A stretch of DNA of 64,000 nt, taken from Candidatus Magasanikiibacteriota bacterium (GTDB lineage: Bacteria > Patescibacteriota > Patescibacteriia > Magasanikbacterales > UBA922). Each line of letters begins with the position of its first letter. The stretch's first letter is position 1. The stretch is taken from assembly GCA_016193335.1 (NCBI GenBank), contig JACPSK010000001.1, forward strand, positions 22,716 to 86,715, written 5' to 3'. Shown here one piece after another: positions 1 through 9,474 of this stretch. A model generated the notes under the pieces. It searched no databases and was not told the origin of the DNA. It saw nothing but the letters and a program-made list of their open reading frames with translations. The translations under genes and the position numbers were made by a program.

Positions 1-1917
1 AAAGTAATGGCAAATCCCTGTACAAAACTGCTGCCAAACCAAACCAAAAGCCCGCAGGTGATAAGCGTGGAAACATTACCGTCTCGTATAGATGACCAGG
101 CGCGGATAAATCCTTCCTCAATAGAAGTTTTGAGACTTTTGCCAGACCGCAATTCTTCTTTCATCCGCTCAAATATAAGCACATTAGCGTCCACAGCCAT
201 GCCAATGGAAAGAATAAAACCAGAAATTCCAGCCAAGGTGAGCGTTACTCCCATTACTTTAAATATCGCGAGGGTAAGAAAGGAATAAAGAAGCAAAGAT
301 ACGGCAGACAAAAGCCCGGGGAGACGATAGTACAAAACCATAAATAATACAATCAAAACGAGAGAAACAATACCCGCTTTGATACTCTGAGCAAGCGCTT
401 CTGAACCCAAACTGGCGCCAACAGCTTGCTGTGAAATAAGATTTATGGGAATAGGCAAAGCGCCGGCGTTTAATCTCTGGGACAAAAGCCTCGCTTCCTG
501 TATATTAAAACTCCCTGTTATAACGGCCTCGCCGTTTGAAATGGCTGTTTGCACGGTAGGAATGCTGATTGCCTCCCCGTCAAGAAAAATGGCTATGGGA
601 TCGCCCACGTGACGTTTGGTGATTTCTTCAAAGAGTTTCGCGCCTTCGCTGTCAAAACGCAAGGAAACCTGAATGGCGCCGGTGGTCTGTTGAGTAACCA
701 CTTCAGCGCGGTCCAGTTGTTTCCCCGAAAGACCCGTGGCTTTCCATTCACTTTGCGGAGGGACGATATCTGATTCGGATTTGCTGCGAACCAAAATACG
801 CCATAATTCATATTCTTTTTTCGTTTCTTCATTTGTCTTGTATATAATATGGTATCCGAACTGAGTTTCCACCGGCCCGATAATGTCACCGGTATTCGCG
901 TCAAAAACCGCCTGTTCAAAGGCCGGAACCATGGCGCCTTTTTTGAAAAAACCCAAAGATCCTCCTGTATTTTTATTTGATTCATCGCTCGAATTCTCAG
1001 CGGCCAACTCAGCAAAATTTTCCCCGTTCGCTTTATTGTAAATTTCCTCTGCCTTTTTAAAGGCTTCTTCTTTTGTATACACCGGATTTGAACAATTTTG
1101 AGCCCCCAAATAACAAATCAATATATGGCTGGCTTCCACTTCTTTTTGTCCTTCCCGCTCTTCTCCTCTCTTTAAGACATTGTAACCATCAAAACTTTTT
1201 ATCAATTCGGTACTGGTATCTTGGTTCTTAGACTTCTCAGCCCATTCATAGAGCGGAGCAGAAAGCGGAGTCTTTGGCAGATATTGTAAATATCCGCCAT
1301 TATTTTTGCTTGTTTGGTCTTCTGAGACTTCTCTGGCCACTTGTTCAAAATCTTCACCCTTTGCTATCCTTTTTAAAATACTGTCAGCGCGTTTTTCCGC
1401 GTCTTTATTGAATTCTTCCAACTGTTTGCGCTCTTCTTCTGTAAGAGAACGAGGAGCTTCAGTATTTTCTTCTTTAAATTCAAGAATCGGAGTTTCTCCT
1501 ATCATGTCTATAGCTTGGTGCACGTTGTTCAGGCCGGGAAGTTCTACCAGCAGCCTGTGACTGCTGCCAACCTGGGTGGTTTGTATGTTCGGTTCTCCTA
1601 CTCCCATACCATTTACTCTACGCTCTATCACGTCTCGTACACCTTCTACCGCGTCCTTGCGGCCGGAATCTTCTATGTTTTGCAAGTCTGCTTCATAGAC
1701 CAGGCTCACTCCGCCCTGAAGGTCAAGCCCAAGTTTAAAATTATTGTTCGGGAGCTCCGGCAGAGCTATTCCTATGTATGTTTTTGTCCACGAAACCGCT
1801 TTGTTGTAGAACCCGGGCATAACAAAAATACTCGAGGCCAAAAGCAGAGCGAATATGCCCACTATCCCCCAACGCAATTTTGATCTGATTTGTGCGGCGC
1901 TTTTTTTGTCTGCCATA
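1..1917 (-). CDS. secD: Protein translocase subunit SecD, C-terminally truncated by window edge; periplasmic head carries one complete and one partial parvulin-type PPIase-like segment
   Basis: Manual minus-strand translation from ATG at 1917: MADKKSAAQIRSKLRWGIVGIFALL (TM1), FKLGLDLQGGVSLVYEAD, LLVELPGLNN, IGETPILEFKEE, then ASHILICY...NTGGSLGFFKKGAMVPAFEQAVFDANTGDIIGPVETQFGYHIIYK (PpiC-like), then base domain and TM block ISGFILSIGMAVDANVLIFERMKEELRSGKS. The ORF is open at position 1, so it is absent from the ORF track. Confidence 0.8.
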
Positions 1918-2196
1918 AATTATCGAGGAGTAGTGTAGCAAAGCGAACAGAAGAGGTCAATATCTTTATGCACATAGATATATCAAGCTTTTAAATGCGT
2001 AAATTATTGACAAAACCGAGATTTTGTGATATAGTGTAATGTCGCAAAATTTGGGTTTTGTGAATTTATTTGTGTCCATCCCTTTACAATATATTTTTAG
2101 AAATTCTGCGAAGCCGGCCCGCTTCGCTCTCGCATTCGTTTTCGAATTTATTAAGAATATATTGTAAAGGGGTGGACTCTGATTCATTGAACGATT

Positions 2197-2709
2197 TTGT
2201 TGATGAGAGGGGGAAGGCAAATGGAGAGATCATCAGATAATGATCGCACTGAGTTCACTCGGCGACGCGGAACTTTGGTCTCTATGACCAAGTTTACGGC
2301 CGAGGACGAGGCCGATCATTACAACGACTTTAATGTCGGCGCCACCATGCTTGTAGCCCGAGACACGCCTCACGGGCACCGTGAATATGCCACATTCTCC
2401 GCGGCCAACATGAAGCCGCACCGGGATGTGGTGAAGCTCTGCGCCGAGCGCATTGCCTTTGCCTGCCTGCGAAAGGCGCGCTGGACCCACGTGGTAGCGA
2501 TCGTGGTTTGCGGCCCTCCTCGTAAGGAGGATACCACGGCCACCCTGTGGCCTTGCGAGGTCTGCCGGCCCTGGCTCGACGCCATGCCGGAAATTGATGA
2601 TGATACCATCCTCCTTTGTGCCCACAACGGCACTGAAGAAGAGATGAGCTGGGGCAAGCTCATGGAGCTACACCCCGAAGATCGACGCTGTTCAGACCAC
2701 GACGAATAG
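2197..2709 (+). CDS. CDA-fold zinc deaminase-like protein (cytidine/blasticidin-S deaminase type, C-A-E ... P-C-x-x-C) on a high-GC island
   Basis: Motifs CAERIAF and PCEVCRPW preceded by a beta-strand FNVGATMLV. GC and GC3 much higher than flanks. Likely true start at MERSS (2221). Confidence 0.55.
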   Translation: MLMRGGRQMERSSDNDRTEFTRRRGTLVSMTKFTAEDEADHYNDFNVGATMLVARDTPHGHREYATFSAANMKPHRDVVKLCAERIAFACLRKARWTHVVAIVVCGPPRKEDTTATLWPCEVCRPWLDAMPEIDDDTILLCAHNGTEEEMSWGKLMELHPEDRRCSDHDE

Positions 2710-2728
2710 CGCAAAAACCGCCAGCCAC

Positions 2729-4177
2729 TTACTGTGTTCCCGAAAATTCGGGGTCAGAGTAAGGAGCTAAAGGCGGTTTTTGTTTTAATAGCCAGACGGT
2801 AAACAAAGAACCTCTGCCATATTCACTTTCACAGCTTATCTTTCCTTTAAAATCTTTTTCCACCAATTCTTTGCTTATGGAAAGACCAAGTCCGGTTCCT
2901 TTGAAGGGCTCTTTGGTGGTAAACAGAGCTTCGAATATTTTGTGGCGTATTTCAGGTAAGATTCCCGAGCCATTGTCTCTTATTCCTATTTTTACATATT
3001 CGGCTTCCTCGTTTATATGAATCTTTATCTTTCTTTTTTGCACCGTATTCTCTACAAAAGCATCTATGGCGTTTGACAAAAGATTGCTTAATATCTGATT
3101 GCATTCCAAAGGATTGCCAAAAATCTGTTCCTGATAATCTGCAAATATAATGATTTCTATATTTTTTTCCTTAATTCTATGATCCAAGACATCCAAAATA
3201 GAATAAATTTCTTCAGCGACAGAAAAATATTCTCTTACGTTTTGTTTTGAAAGCTGTTTTTGAACTCCATTTACAAAATACTCCATCCTCTCGGCATTTT
3301 TCATGGCTCGAGCCAGTGTATTTTGTATCTCACGATTTGTTTCGGTGTCAGTTTTTTGGGCCTGTCTTAGATTGAGCGACAAAGCCATGAGCGGATTGAT
3401 GAAACTGTGAAAATATCCTGAAGCCGAACGTCCAAACTCAGCGAAACGATATAATTGAGACAATTTTTCAAGCTGGGCTTGCTTGAGCTCCTGAGTTCTT
3501 TCTTGGATTTTGATTTCCAATAAATCTCGTTCTTGTCTCAACTCAGCCTCACTTTTTCGAGCTCGCGCGAGTGACCGTTCTATTTCTCTGTTGTAGAGCC
3601 ATGAAACGATAAATATAATAAAAAAGGTAACCGCGCTTAAGAAAGAATCGCCATATCTGAACACTTCATCTTTCCAATAGAGCTGAGGCGGACTGATGTT
3701 TTGAATTTGTATAAAACTGAGAGTCAATAAGACAGATAAACATAAAACCGACATAAAAATGGAAAAACGGGTACCCACCAAAATTCCTGACATGATAATA
3801 ATTAAGGCATACATCAAGAGACCTTGAGGCAAATCCGCGCCCCAGGCGTACAAGGAATAACTGCTCGGTACGAAATATAAAAAAATAAAAAGATACGAAG
3901 ACAAAAAATGATAGCCCTTGCGTGACAAGATATATAAAACAACAAAGACACCCAGCAATGACGGAATGAGCCACCATGGCGCTCCCCTGCCCTCAATTTC
4001 GCCATGGAGCTTTATTATTCTGTAGAGCACATAGAGACCTGCCGAGCTCAGGAGAATAATGGATCCTGAAAGCAGGACATTGAGAATAAATTCACGGCGT
4101 CTGATATCCTCAGTGCTTCCTCGAGGTTTGATGCGTCTCATAAGGTTTCCCAAAAAAAGAGATGCGTAGGTTTGCAT
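2729..4177 (-). CDS. Sensor histidine kinase (multi-TM N-terminus, HisKA H-box, HATPase_c)
   Basis: FHSFINPLMAL H-box; GTGLGLSISKELVE G2 box; several hydrophobic helices at N-terminus. Confidence 0.8.
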   Translation of the reverse strand: MQTYASLFLGNLMRRIKPRGSTEDIRRREFILNVLLSGSIILLSSAGLYVLYRIIKLHGEIEGRGAPWWLIPSLLGVFVVLYILSRKGYHFLSSYLFIFLYFVPSSYSLYAWGADLPQGLLMYALIIIMSGILVGTRFSIFMSVLCLSVLLTLSFIQIQNISPPQLYWKDEVFRYGDSFLSAVTFFIIFIVSWLYNREIERSLARARKSEAELRQERDLLEIKIQERTQELKQAQLEKLSQLYRFAEFGRSASGYFHSFINPLMALSLNLRQAQKTDTETNREIQNTLARAMKNAERMEYFVNGVQKQLSKQNVREYFSVAEEIYSILDVLDHRIKEKNIEIIIFADYQEQIFGNPLECNQILSNLLSNAIDAFVENTVQKRKIKIHINEEAEYVKIGIRDNGSGILPEIRHKIFEALFTTKEPFKGTGLGLSISKELVEKDFKGKISCESEYGRGSLFTVWLLKQKPPLAPYSDPEFSGTQ

Positions 4178-4241
4178 TCAAGTATATGGTTAACCCCGAT
4201 AAAATCGGAGATTTGATCCCCACAGGGACTCATTCTACACG

Positions 4242-4282
4242 AAATTCCCCGCGCATGGAAAAACCGGCGCGGGGAATTTTCG
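4242..4282. terminator. GC-rich hairpin (aattccccgcgc...gcgcggggaatt) downstream of the polyprenyl synthase gene
   Basis: Perfect 12-bp inverted repeat seen in sequence. U-tract is weak. Confidence 0.35.
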
Positions 4283-4602
4283 AATAAATGCTAATTTTTA
4301 TGGTGCCCAGGGATTCATGGCAATGGATTTTGAGAAAGCGATTTTTTTGATATTCGCCTTGTTTCTCGCGTCCTTTGACATGAGGATTTCCCGAATGATT
4401 TCACTCATATAGTATATGTAAAAATGAATAAAATATTTACATCGACCTTTTTGGATAAACGGCTCACACTGCCCGCTGTATATGGAGGAACATTGTTTAT
4501 ATCTTTATAAACTTCTTCAAAATAAAATTTTTTGTATCTCAGAGGAAAAAAAGGCACAAATACATAGAGCCCTGGCTCTAACTTAACGGCAATATGAACA
4601 TT

Positions 4603-5571
4603 TCAACAATCAGCAATATAATCGGGTAAAATTTTTAGCAGATCAAACGCTTCTTTCCTATATCTTCTCTTTGAAAGCTCAGACAGACAGGCACGGGATT
4701 TTGTTATCTTCGTTTCGAATATATGCATCCGGTTCTTTGCGATCTTTTTCTTGGATAATTGATCTTCAAATTTTTTGGTGCCAGAGTTTAACGTATATCT
4801 TGCAATATCATCTTTAGTATCCTGAATATCATCTCTGATCTGATACGCAATGCCGCAAGATAGAGCGAATTCAGAAATACAAGAGCGTTCAGCATCTCTT
4901 ATTTTTGAACCGGCACAATACATGCCCAAGCAAAGAGGAAGTTCAAACGAATAATGCGCGGTTTTTAATGCGACGATTTTTTGATTATCTAAAATCTGTT
5001 TCTTGTTCACCTGAAAAAAAATATCCTGACCCTGGCCAAAAATCGTTTTAACAAGAATCATACTTACAAATTCGAATAAATACCCACTATTTTTTGTTTC
5101 AAAATTCTTTGAACCCAATAATTCAAAAGCCAAAACGCATAGCAAATCTCCGCACAAGATCGCCATCCGCGATCCAAAATATTCTTTTTCTGATGGAGAA
5201 AGACCCCCGAAAAATTGATGCTCCACGAAAGAGTAATGAGCACTCGGCCCGTCTCTTCTCGTCATGCTCCGGTCTATAATATCGTCGTGAATCAATAAAA
5301 AACTGTGGATCAATTCCATTGCTATAGAGGCCTTTAGGGCTTGGGCATTGGCATCTTCTTTGATCAATTCAAAACCCAAGCAAAACAAAAAACTTCTGAG
5401 CCGAGCCCCGCCGGAATCATGGAGCCGCTCTATTTCATTGAAAAAAAACGGCGAGACTTCAATATCAGCGTAACGATTTCTACATTCTGAAATAAATGTT
5501 TTATAAAGAGGATCAAAGTTTGCTTTATGCGCCGATAAAGCATCTTGGAATAATTTTCGTCCCTCGCTCAT
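4603..5571 (-). CDS. Polyprenyl (isoprenyl) diphosphate synthase, trans-IPPS family
   Basis: First Asp-rich motif LIHDDIIDRSMTRRDGPSAH and second motif QIRDDIQD. Confidence 0.8.
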   Translation of the reverse strand: MSEGRKLFQDALSAHKANFDPLYKTFISECRNRYADIEVSPFFFNEIERLHDSGGARLRSFLFCLGFELIKEDANAQALKASIAMELIHSFLLIHDDIIDRSMTRRDGPSAHYSFVEHQFFGGLSPSEKEYFGSRMAILCGDLLCVLAFELLGSKNFETKNSGYLFEFVSMILVKTIFGQGQDIFFQVNKKQILDNQKIVALKTAHYSFELPLCLGMYCAGSKIRDAERSCISEFALSCGIAYQIRDDIQDTKDDIARYTLNSGTKKFEDQLSKKKIAKNRMHIFETKITKSRACLSELSKRRYRKEAFDLLKILPDYIADC

Positions 5572-5693
5572 ATTTCAATATATAACATTAATTCTACAGA
5601 CGCATTATAAAAATTCGGAATTAATTTTTTCTAAACTTGATAAAGATTTAGATTCCGGGATTAAATTCTTGCAGTCCCATTTTTCCGCAAACA

Positions 5694-5734
5694 AAAAACC
5701 CCGTCCGGCAAATCCGCCGGACGGGGTTCTTCTT
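5694..5734 (-). terminator. Rho-independent terminator downstream of the high-GC gene 6017..7003
   Basis: ccccgtccggc...gccggacgggg hairpin followed by a T-run on the minus strand (uuuuuuguuugc). Confidence 0.6.
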
Positions 5735-6016
5735 AAATACACTATGCGAGTTACAGAGATTTCGACAACATAAATTGCTATTTCCCTTCGAACAAATCCG
5801 TTTGGCTTGCTTATTTCATTCGCCTTCTTCACGGCAGAGTGAAAAAATTCATGCCACTATTTCTTATACTGTGTTTAAGAAGTCTGTCAGTGCGCGGCCT
5901 GACCTTCGAGATCCTCCTTGGGGATCGCCCGCGCGCGAGTAGAGAACGTGGAAAGAACGGAAGGCTAGGCGCGAGGCGCGCCTAGGGGTGGAAGGAGCGG
6001 AGCCGAGGGCCGGGGC

Positions 6017-7003
6017 CTACTGGAGGAAGCCCCAGGCGTAGCCGTTCATCGTCGCGATGACGGGCTGGCCGCTCTGGGTCACGGCGATCAGCCAGGTCCC
6101 GGCCGGGAGCTCGTAGCGCATGTCGGACTTCTGGCCCGTGGTGACGTCGATGACGTCGATGATCGCCCCGGACTCGGAGTCGCCGTTGACGCCGAGCATC
6201 TCCTCGGTGGCCGAGTTCCAGGCCAGCGCGCTGTAGGAGACGTGCTGGCCGTTGTTCCAGGCCTTCTGGAGGTCCGCGATCCCGTTGGCGCTCAGGTAGA
6301 CCGTCTTGCCGTCGTTGAGCTCGGCGAGCACGGACACCTTCTTGCCGCCGAAGGCCTCGAGGGAGATGACCTGCGTGACGTCGTCCTGGGTGAAGCCCGC
6401 GCCGAGCCGCGAGATCGTCTTCGCGTCGATCTCGATGATGACCGGCTTGGCCTCGTTGCCGATACCGGCCATGTAGAGCCGGTGGCTGCTGCGGTCCTGG
6501 GCCACCGCGGTGACGCTGCGGAGGCCGAGGCGAGCCATGGCGGTCTCGGTCTTGTCCTCGAGCTGGCCGTCGTCCTTCTTGCGGAAGAACTGGACCTTGA
6601 CCTCGCCGCTCGTGCGGAAGGCGTCCACGTTGAAGGTCTGGCCGCTCTCCAGCTGGCCGAGACCGCTCTGCTCGATGTGCTCCGAGAGCTCGGCCGAGGT
6701 GACGGACTGGTCGTCGATCCCGAGGGTCACGATCACGAGGTCGTCCTTCGTGTAGGTCCGCCGGATGCGCGCGGCGATCGTCTCCTCGGGGCTGGCCGTC
6801 TTGCCGTCGCCGAGGTCGATCTGACCGAGCTTGTAGAGCGAGCCGGGGACCATCTCCTCCGTCGTGCCGTAGCCGAAGACGGTGAGCCGGTGGTCGAGGT
6901 TGCCCAGCCCCATGAGGGCCAGGCCGCGCTGGACATCGATGTCCACCTTGTTGATGCGACGACCCGTGATGGGCGCCGCGCTCTCGAGCATGAACGTGGT
7001 CAT
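6017..7003 (-). CDS. Hypothetical protein encoded on a high-GC (about 67%) island, no recognisable domain
   Basis: Only frame with balanced amino-acid composition (K, T, I, Y present). Strong GC3 bias. Other listed ORFs in this region are Arg/Ala-rich alternative-frame artefacts. Confidence 0.55.
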   Translation of the reverse strand: MTTFMLESAAPITGRRINKVDIDVQRGLALMGLGNLDHRLTVFGYGTTEEMVPGSLYKLGQIDLGDGKTASPEETIAARIRRTYTKDDLVIVTLGIDDQSVTSAELSEHIEQSGLGQLESGQTFNVDAFRTSGEVKVQFFRKKDDGQLEDKTETAMARLGLRSVTAVAQDRSSHRLYMAGIGNEAKPVIIEIDAKTISRLGAGFTQDDVTQVISLEAFGGKKVSVLAELNDGKTVYLSANGIADLQKAWNNGQHVSYSALAWNSATEEMLGVNGDSESGAIIDVIDVTTGQKSDMRYELPAGTWLIAVTQSGQPVIATMNGYAWGFLQ

Positions 7004-7164
7004 GATTTCTCCGTTTCCTAGTCATCAGACGAATCCCGCAGCGGGATGCCGCGAGAACGCGCGCAAGTATACGCTCCACAGAAATCAAGGTCAAGCCGTG
7101 CTGTGGATAAACACAAGCCTATCCAATAGCTCAATTGCGCGAAAAAGCCCAAAACACTCCATAG

Positions 7165-7193
7165 ATTGATTTTCGCGCTTTTTTCTGATATGA
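7165..7193 (+). promoter_or_regulatory. Sigma70-like promoter TTGATT-17-TATGAT upstream of mraY
   Basis: Hexamers with 17-nt spacer read directly, 16 bp upstream of the mraY ATG. Confidence 0.4.
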
Positions 7194-7208
7194 TGGCTCT
7201 CAGTCTAT

Positions 7209-8339
7209 ATGAGCATAGCTTTGGATTCTATTTTCAGTTTGCGTACTATTATCGGATACGCCATTTTTGCTTGTATTTTTGCTTTCCTTTGGTCCCCTCT
7301 TCTAAGCAAATTTCTATACACCTACAATCTCACCAGACGGCCTGAATACGACGCCACTTTGGCTATGGGCGCGAGACGCGGCAAAGTGGGAGTTCCTGTG
7401 ATGGGTGGTTTATTGGTCATTGTAACGGTGGCGGTTTTAACCGCAAGTTTTAATTGGGAACGAAAATTTACTTGGGTCCCCATCGGAGTAATGCTCCTAT
7501 CAGCCCTTCTCGGCGGTATTGATGATGTAATGAATATCTACGGCCATCAAAGAAGATCGAGAAAAATCAAACATATTTTACGCTTAATCAAAGTGCACAA
7601 AGAATTGAGGCAAAGAATCTGGCTTTCTATTACTCTCCCTTGGTCTATCTTCAAAAGAAGCTCGCTCTGGCTGGGCTCGCATCCGGGCAAAGGCATTCAT
7701 GTGCATGAAAAACTCCTTCTCCAATTTCTCGCCGGTTCCATTACCGCGTGGTGGATATATGTAAAACTTGGCGAACACTGGCGCACCATATTCATTCCTT
7801 TCGACGGATATATCAATATCGGGTGGTGGATTATTCCTCTCATTATTTTTTTTGTGATGTTCACGGCCAACGCGGTAAACGTGGCTGACGGCATGGACGG
7901 TTTGGCAGGCGGCTCGCTTATTAGCACCTTTGCGGCGCTCGCTCTTCTAAGCTGGCTCGAAGGATTCCAGGAAATCGCCATTCTCAACGCCACTACCGTA
8001 GGCGCGCTCATTAGCTATACGTATTTTAATATCAAGCCGGCCCGCTTCCAAATGGGAGACGTGGGGTCGCTCGGCCTGGGATCCCTCCTTGCCATCAACG
8101 CCATAGTCATAAATAAAATGCTGCTTCTTCCTTTTTTGGGTTTTATTTTTTATCTCGAACTCTTGAGCGTAATCATACAAGTGCTCGGCAGGCACCTTTT
8201 GAGAAGACGAATATTTAAAATGGCGCCCATCCACCATCATTTCGAAATACGAGGTTGGAGCGAAGAAAAAACCGTCATGCGTTTTTGGATTTTGCACGCG
8301 GGCTTTGTGCTCCTTGGAGTTTGGATAGCTTTATTGTAA
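7209..8339 (+). CDS. mraY: Phospho-N-acetylmuramoyl-pentapeptide transferase
   Basis: NAVNVADGMDGLAGG, PIHHHFE and multi-TM architecture. Carries an insertion (KIKHILRLIKVHKELRQ...). Confidence 0.9.
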   Translation: MSIALDSIFSLRTIIGYAIFACIFAFLWSPLLSKFLYTYNLTRRPEYDATLAMGARRGKVGVPVMGGLLVIVTVAVLTASFNWERKFTWVPIGVMLLSALLGGIDDVMNIYGHQRRSRKIKHILRLIKVHKELRQRIWLSITLPWSIFKRSSLWLGSHPGKGIHVHEKLLLQFLAGSITAWWIYVKLGEHWRTIFIPFDGYINIGWWIIPLIIFFVMFTANAVNVADGMDGLAGGSLISTFAALALLSWLEGFQEIAILNATTVGALISYTYFNIKPARFQMGDVGSLGLGSLLAINAIVINKMLLLPFLGFIFYLELLSVIIQVLGRHLLRRRIFKMAPIHHHFEIRGWSEEKTVMRFWILHAGFVLLGVWIALL

Positions 8340-8348
8340 ATTTTTAAG

Positions 8349-9011
8349 ATGTATCTTTCTTGGGGAACACATACCATTCAGTCTTTCAGAGAACATGAAA
8401 TAAATGCTCTATACGACGAGGGCTATCTGTTTACGCGACTTGAAAAAGGAATCATGAACAAAACAAGAAGCATACGGATAAAATGTCCTGATTTTTCGTG
8501 GAGCAGTGAAAATAGGAGAATCTTAAAAAAGACCGAAAGCTTGATGCTCAAAGAGCACCGGATACCTTATTCGGGGTATGATTGGCGAATCGCCAAAATG
8601 GCAAAAAATTTTTATGACACAAAATTTGGCGCAAAAACATTCAGCGCGAACAAAATAAAAGAATTGTTGACAAACAAAAAAACTACCAACTTCAATTTGT
8701 TGCTGGAATTTTATATAAATACCAAAAATACCGCAGAGGCTCTCGGCTACGCCATTTGCGCGGAAACAGAGGAACTCATACACTATGCCTATCCTTTTTA
8801 CAGACTTGATTCTGAAACATGTAATATGGGAATGGGCATGATGCTCCAAGCCATTGAATGGGCCCGTGGAAAAAATAAAAAATATATATATCTCGGTTCT
8901 GCCCAGCGCCCCGGGGATATTTACAAACTCCAATTCAAGGGTTTGGAGTGGTATGACGGACAAAAATGGCAAAGCGATGAAAACGCCTTAAAAACTCTGC
9001 TCAAAAACTAA
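8349..9011 (+). CDS. Arginyl/leucyl-tRNA--protein transferase family protein (ATE_C/Bpt-like, GNAT-like fold)
   Basis: C-terminal HYAYPFYRLDSETCNMGMGMMLQAIEWARGKNKKYIYLGSAQ...YKLQFKGLEWYDGQKW resembles the ATE_C/Bpt signature (FYDP..SlG...LGlpYlYLGY...YK..f.P.E). Confidence 0.45.
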   Translation: MYLSWGTHTIQSFREHEINALYDEGYLFTRLEKGIMNKTRSIRIKCPDFSWSSENRRILKKTESLMLKEHRIPYSGYDWRIAKMAKNFYDTKFGAKTFSANKIKELLTNKKTTNFNLLLEFYINTKNTAEALGYAICAETEELIHYAYPFYRLDSETCNMGMGMMLQAIEWARGKNKKYIYLGSAQRPGDIYKLQFKGLEWYDGQKWQSDENALKTLLKN

Positions 9012-9015
9012 ATCT

Positions 9016-9468
9016 ATGGATACCTTATCACCAGAAAAACGTGCCGAACAGGAGAGAGAAAGTATCGTCAGTTCTATTCTGGCCTCCGCTGAAAGAGAAC
9101 CCGCAGATAAAGACATCCCAAGCCTTGTGGTCTTCCGCTATGGCAGCAAAGAATTGGATCTGGTCTATTTTGCCGACAAAGGAACCTTCAGCACTGCGGT
9201 TGAGGGGTATGAAGATAGAGAGAGAAAACCAGAGGAAACACGTTTCTTGTATATGGCGGCGAAGAGAGCTATGCAAGAAATCGCGGATCGCTCTCAAACT
9301 GAAATAGAATACACTCTCGAAACCTCAAACGAAAAAATAGTCCCATTCGCCCAAAGTCACGGAAAAGAGATTTTTCGTTGGGATTCTGAAACGAAGGAAG
9401 AATTTGAAATAAAAAAGCGAGGAAAAGTTGATATTTGGTATTTCAAAAAAACATTCAAGCCACTTTGA
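9016..9468 (+). CDS. Hypothetical acidic protein
   Basis: ORF with good coding texture in an operon-like arrangement. No motif recognised. Confidence 0.4.
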   Translation: MDTLSPEKRAEQERESIVSSILASAEREPADKDIPSLVVFRYGSKELDLVYFADKGTFSTAVEGYEDRERKPEETRFLYMAAKRAMQEIADRSQTEIEYTLETSNEKIVPFAQSHGKEIFRWDSETKEEFEIKKRGKVDIWYFKKTFKPL

Positions 9469-9474
9469 TAAACT

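Noticed and set aside
7-1015. ORFs 7..288 (+) and 593..1015 (-)
   Set aside because: Both lie inside the secD coding region in other frames or the opposite strand. secD is continuous by manual translation with conserved motifs.
2233-2714. Minus-strand ORFs 2233..2625 and 2370..2714 overlapping the deaminase gene
   Set aside because: Antisense shadow ORFs of the high-GC deaminase gene. Gly/Arg/Ser-rich, no motifs.
4300-4409. 36-aa minus-strand mini-ORF (MSEIIREILMSKDARNKANIKKIAFSKSIAMNPWAP) in the 4.2-4.6 kb intergenic region
   Set aside because: No RBS or conservation evidence. Too short to call from sequence alone.
5982-7094. 370-aa Arg/Gly/Pro-rich ORF and several other overlapping long ORFs (6242..7021+, 6510..6755+, 6733..6936-) in the high-GC island
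   Set aside because: Amino-acid composition (RRRGG.., poly-Arg/Ala/Asp) is typical of non-coding shadow frames in high-GC DNA. Only 6017..7003 (-) has normal composition and GC3 periodicity.
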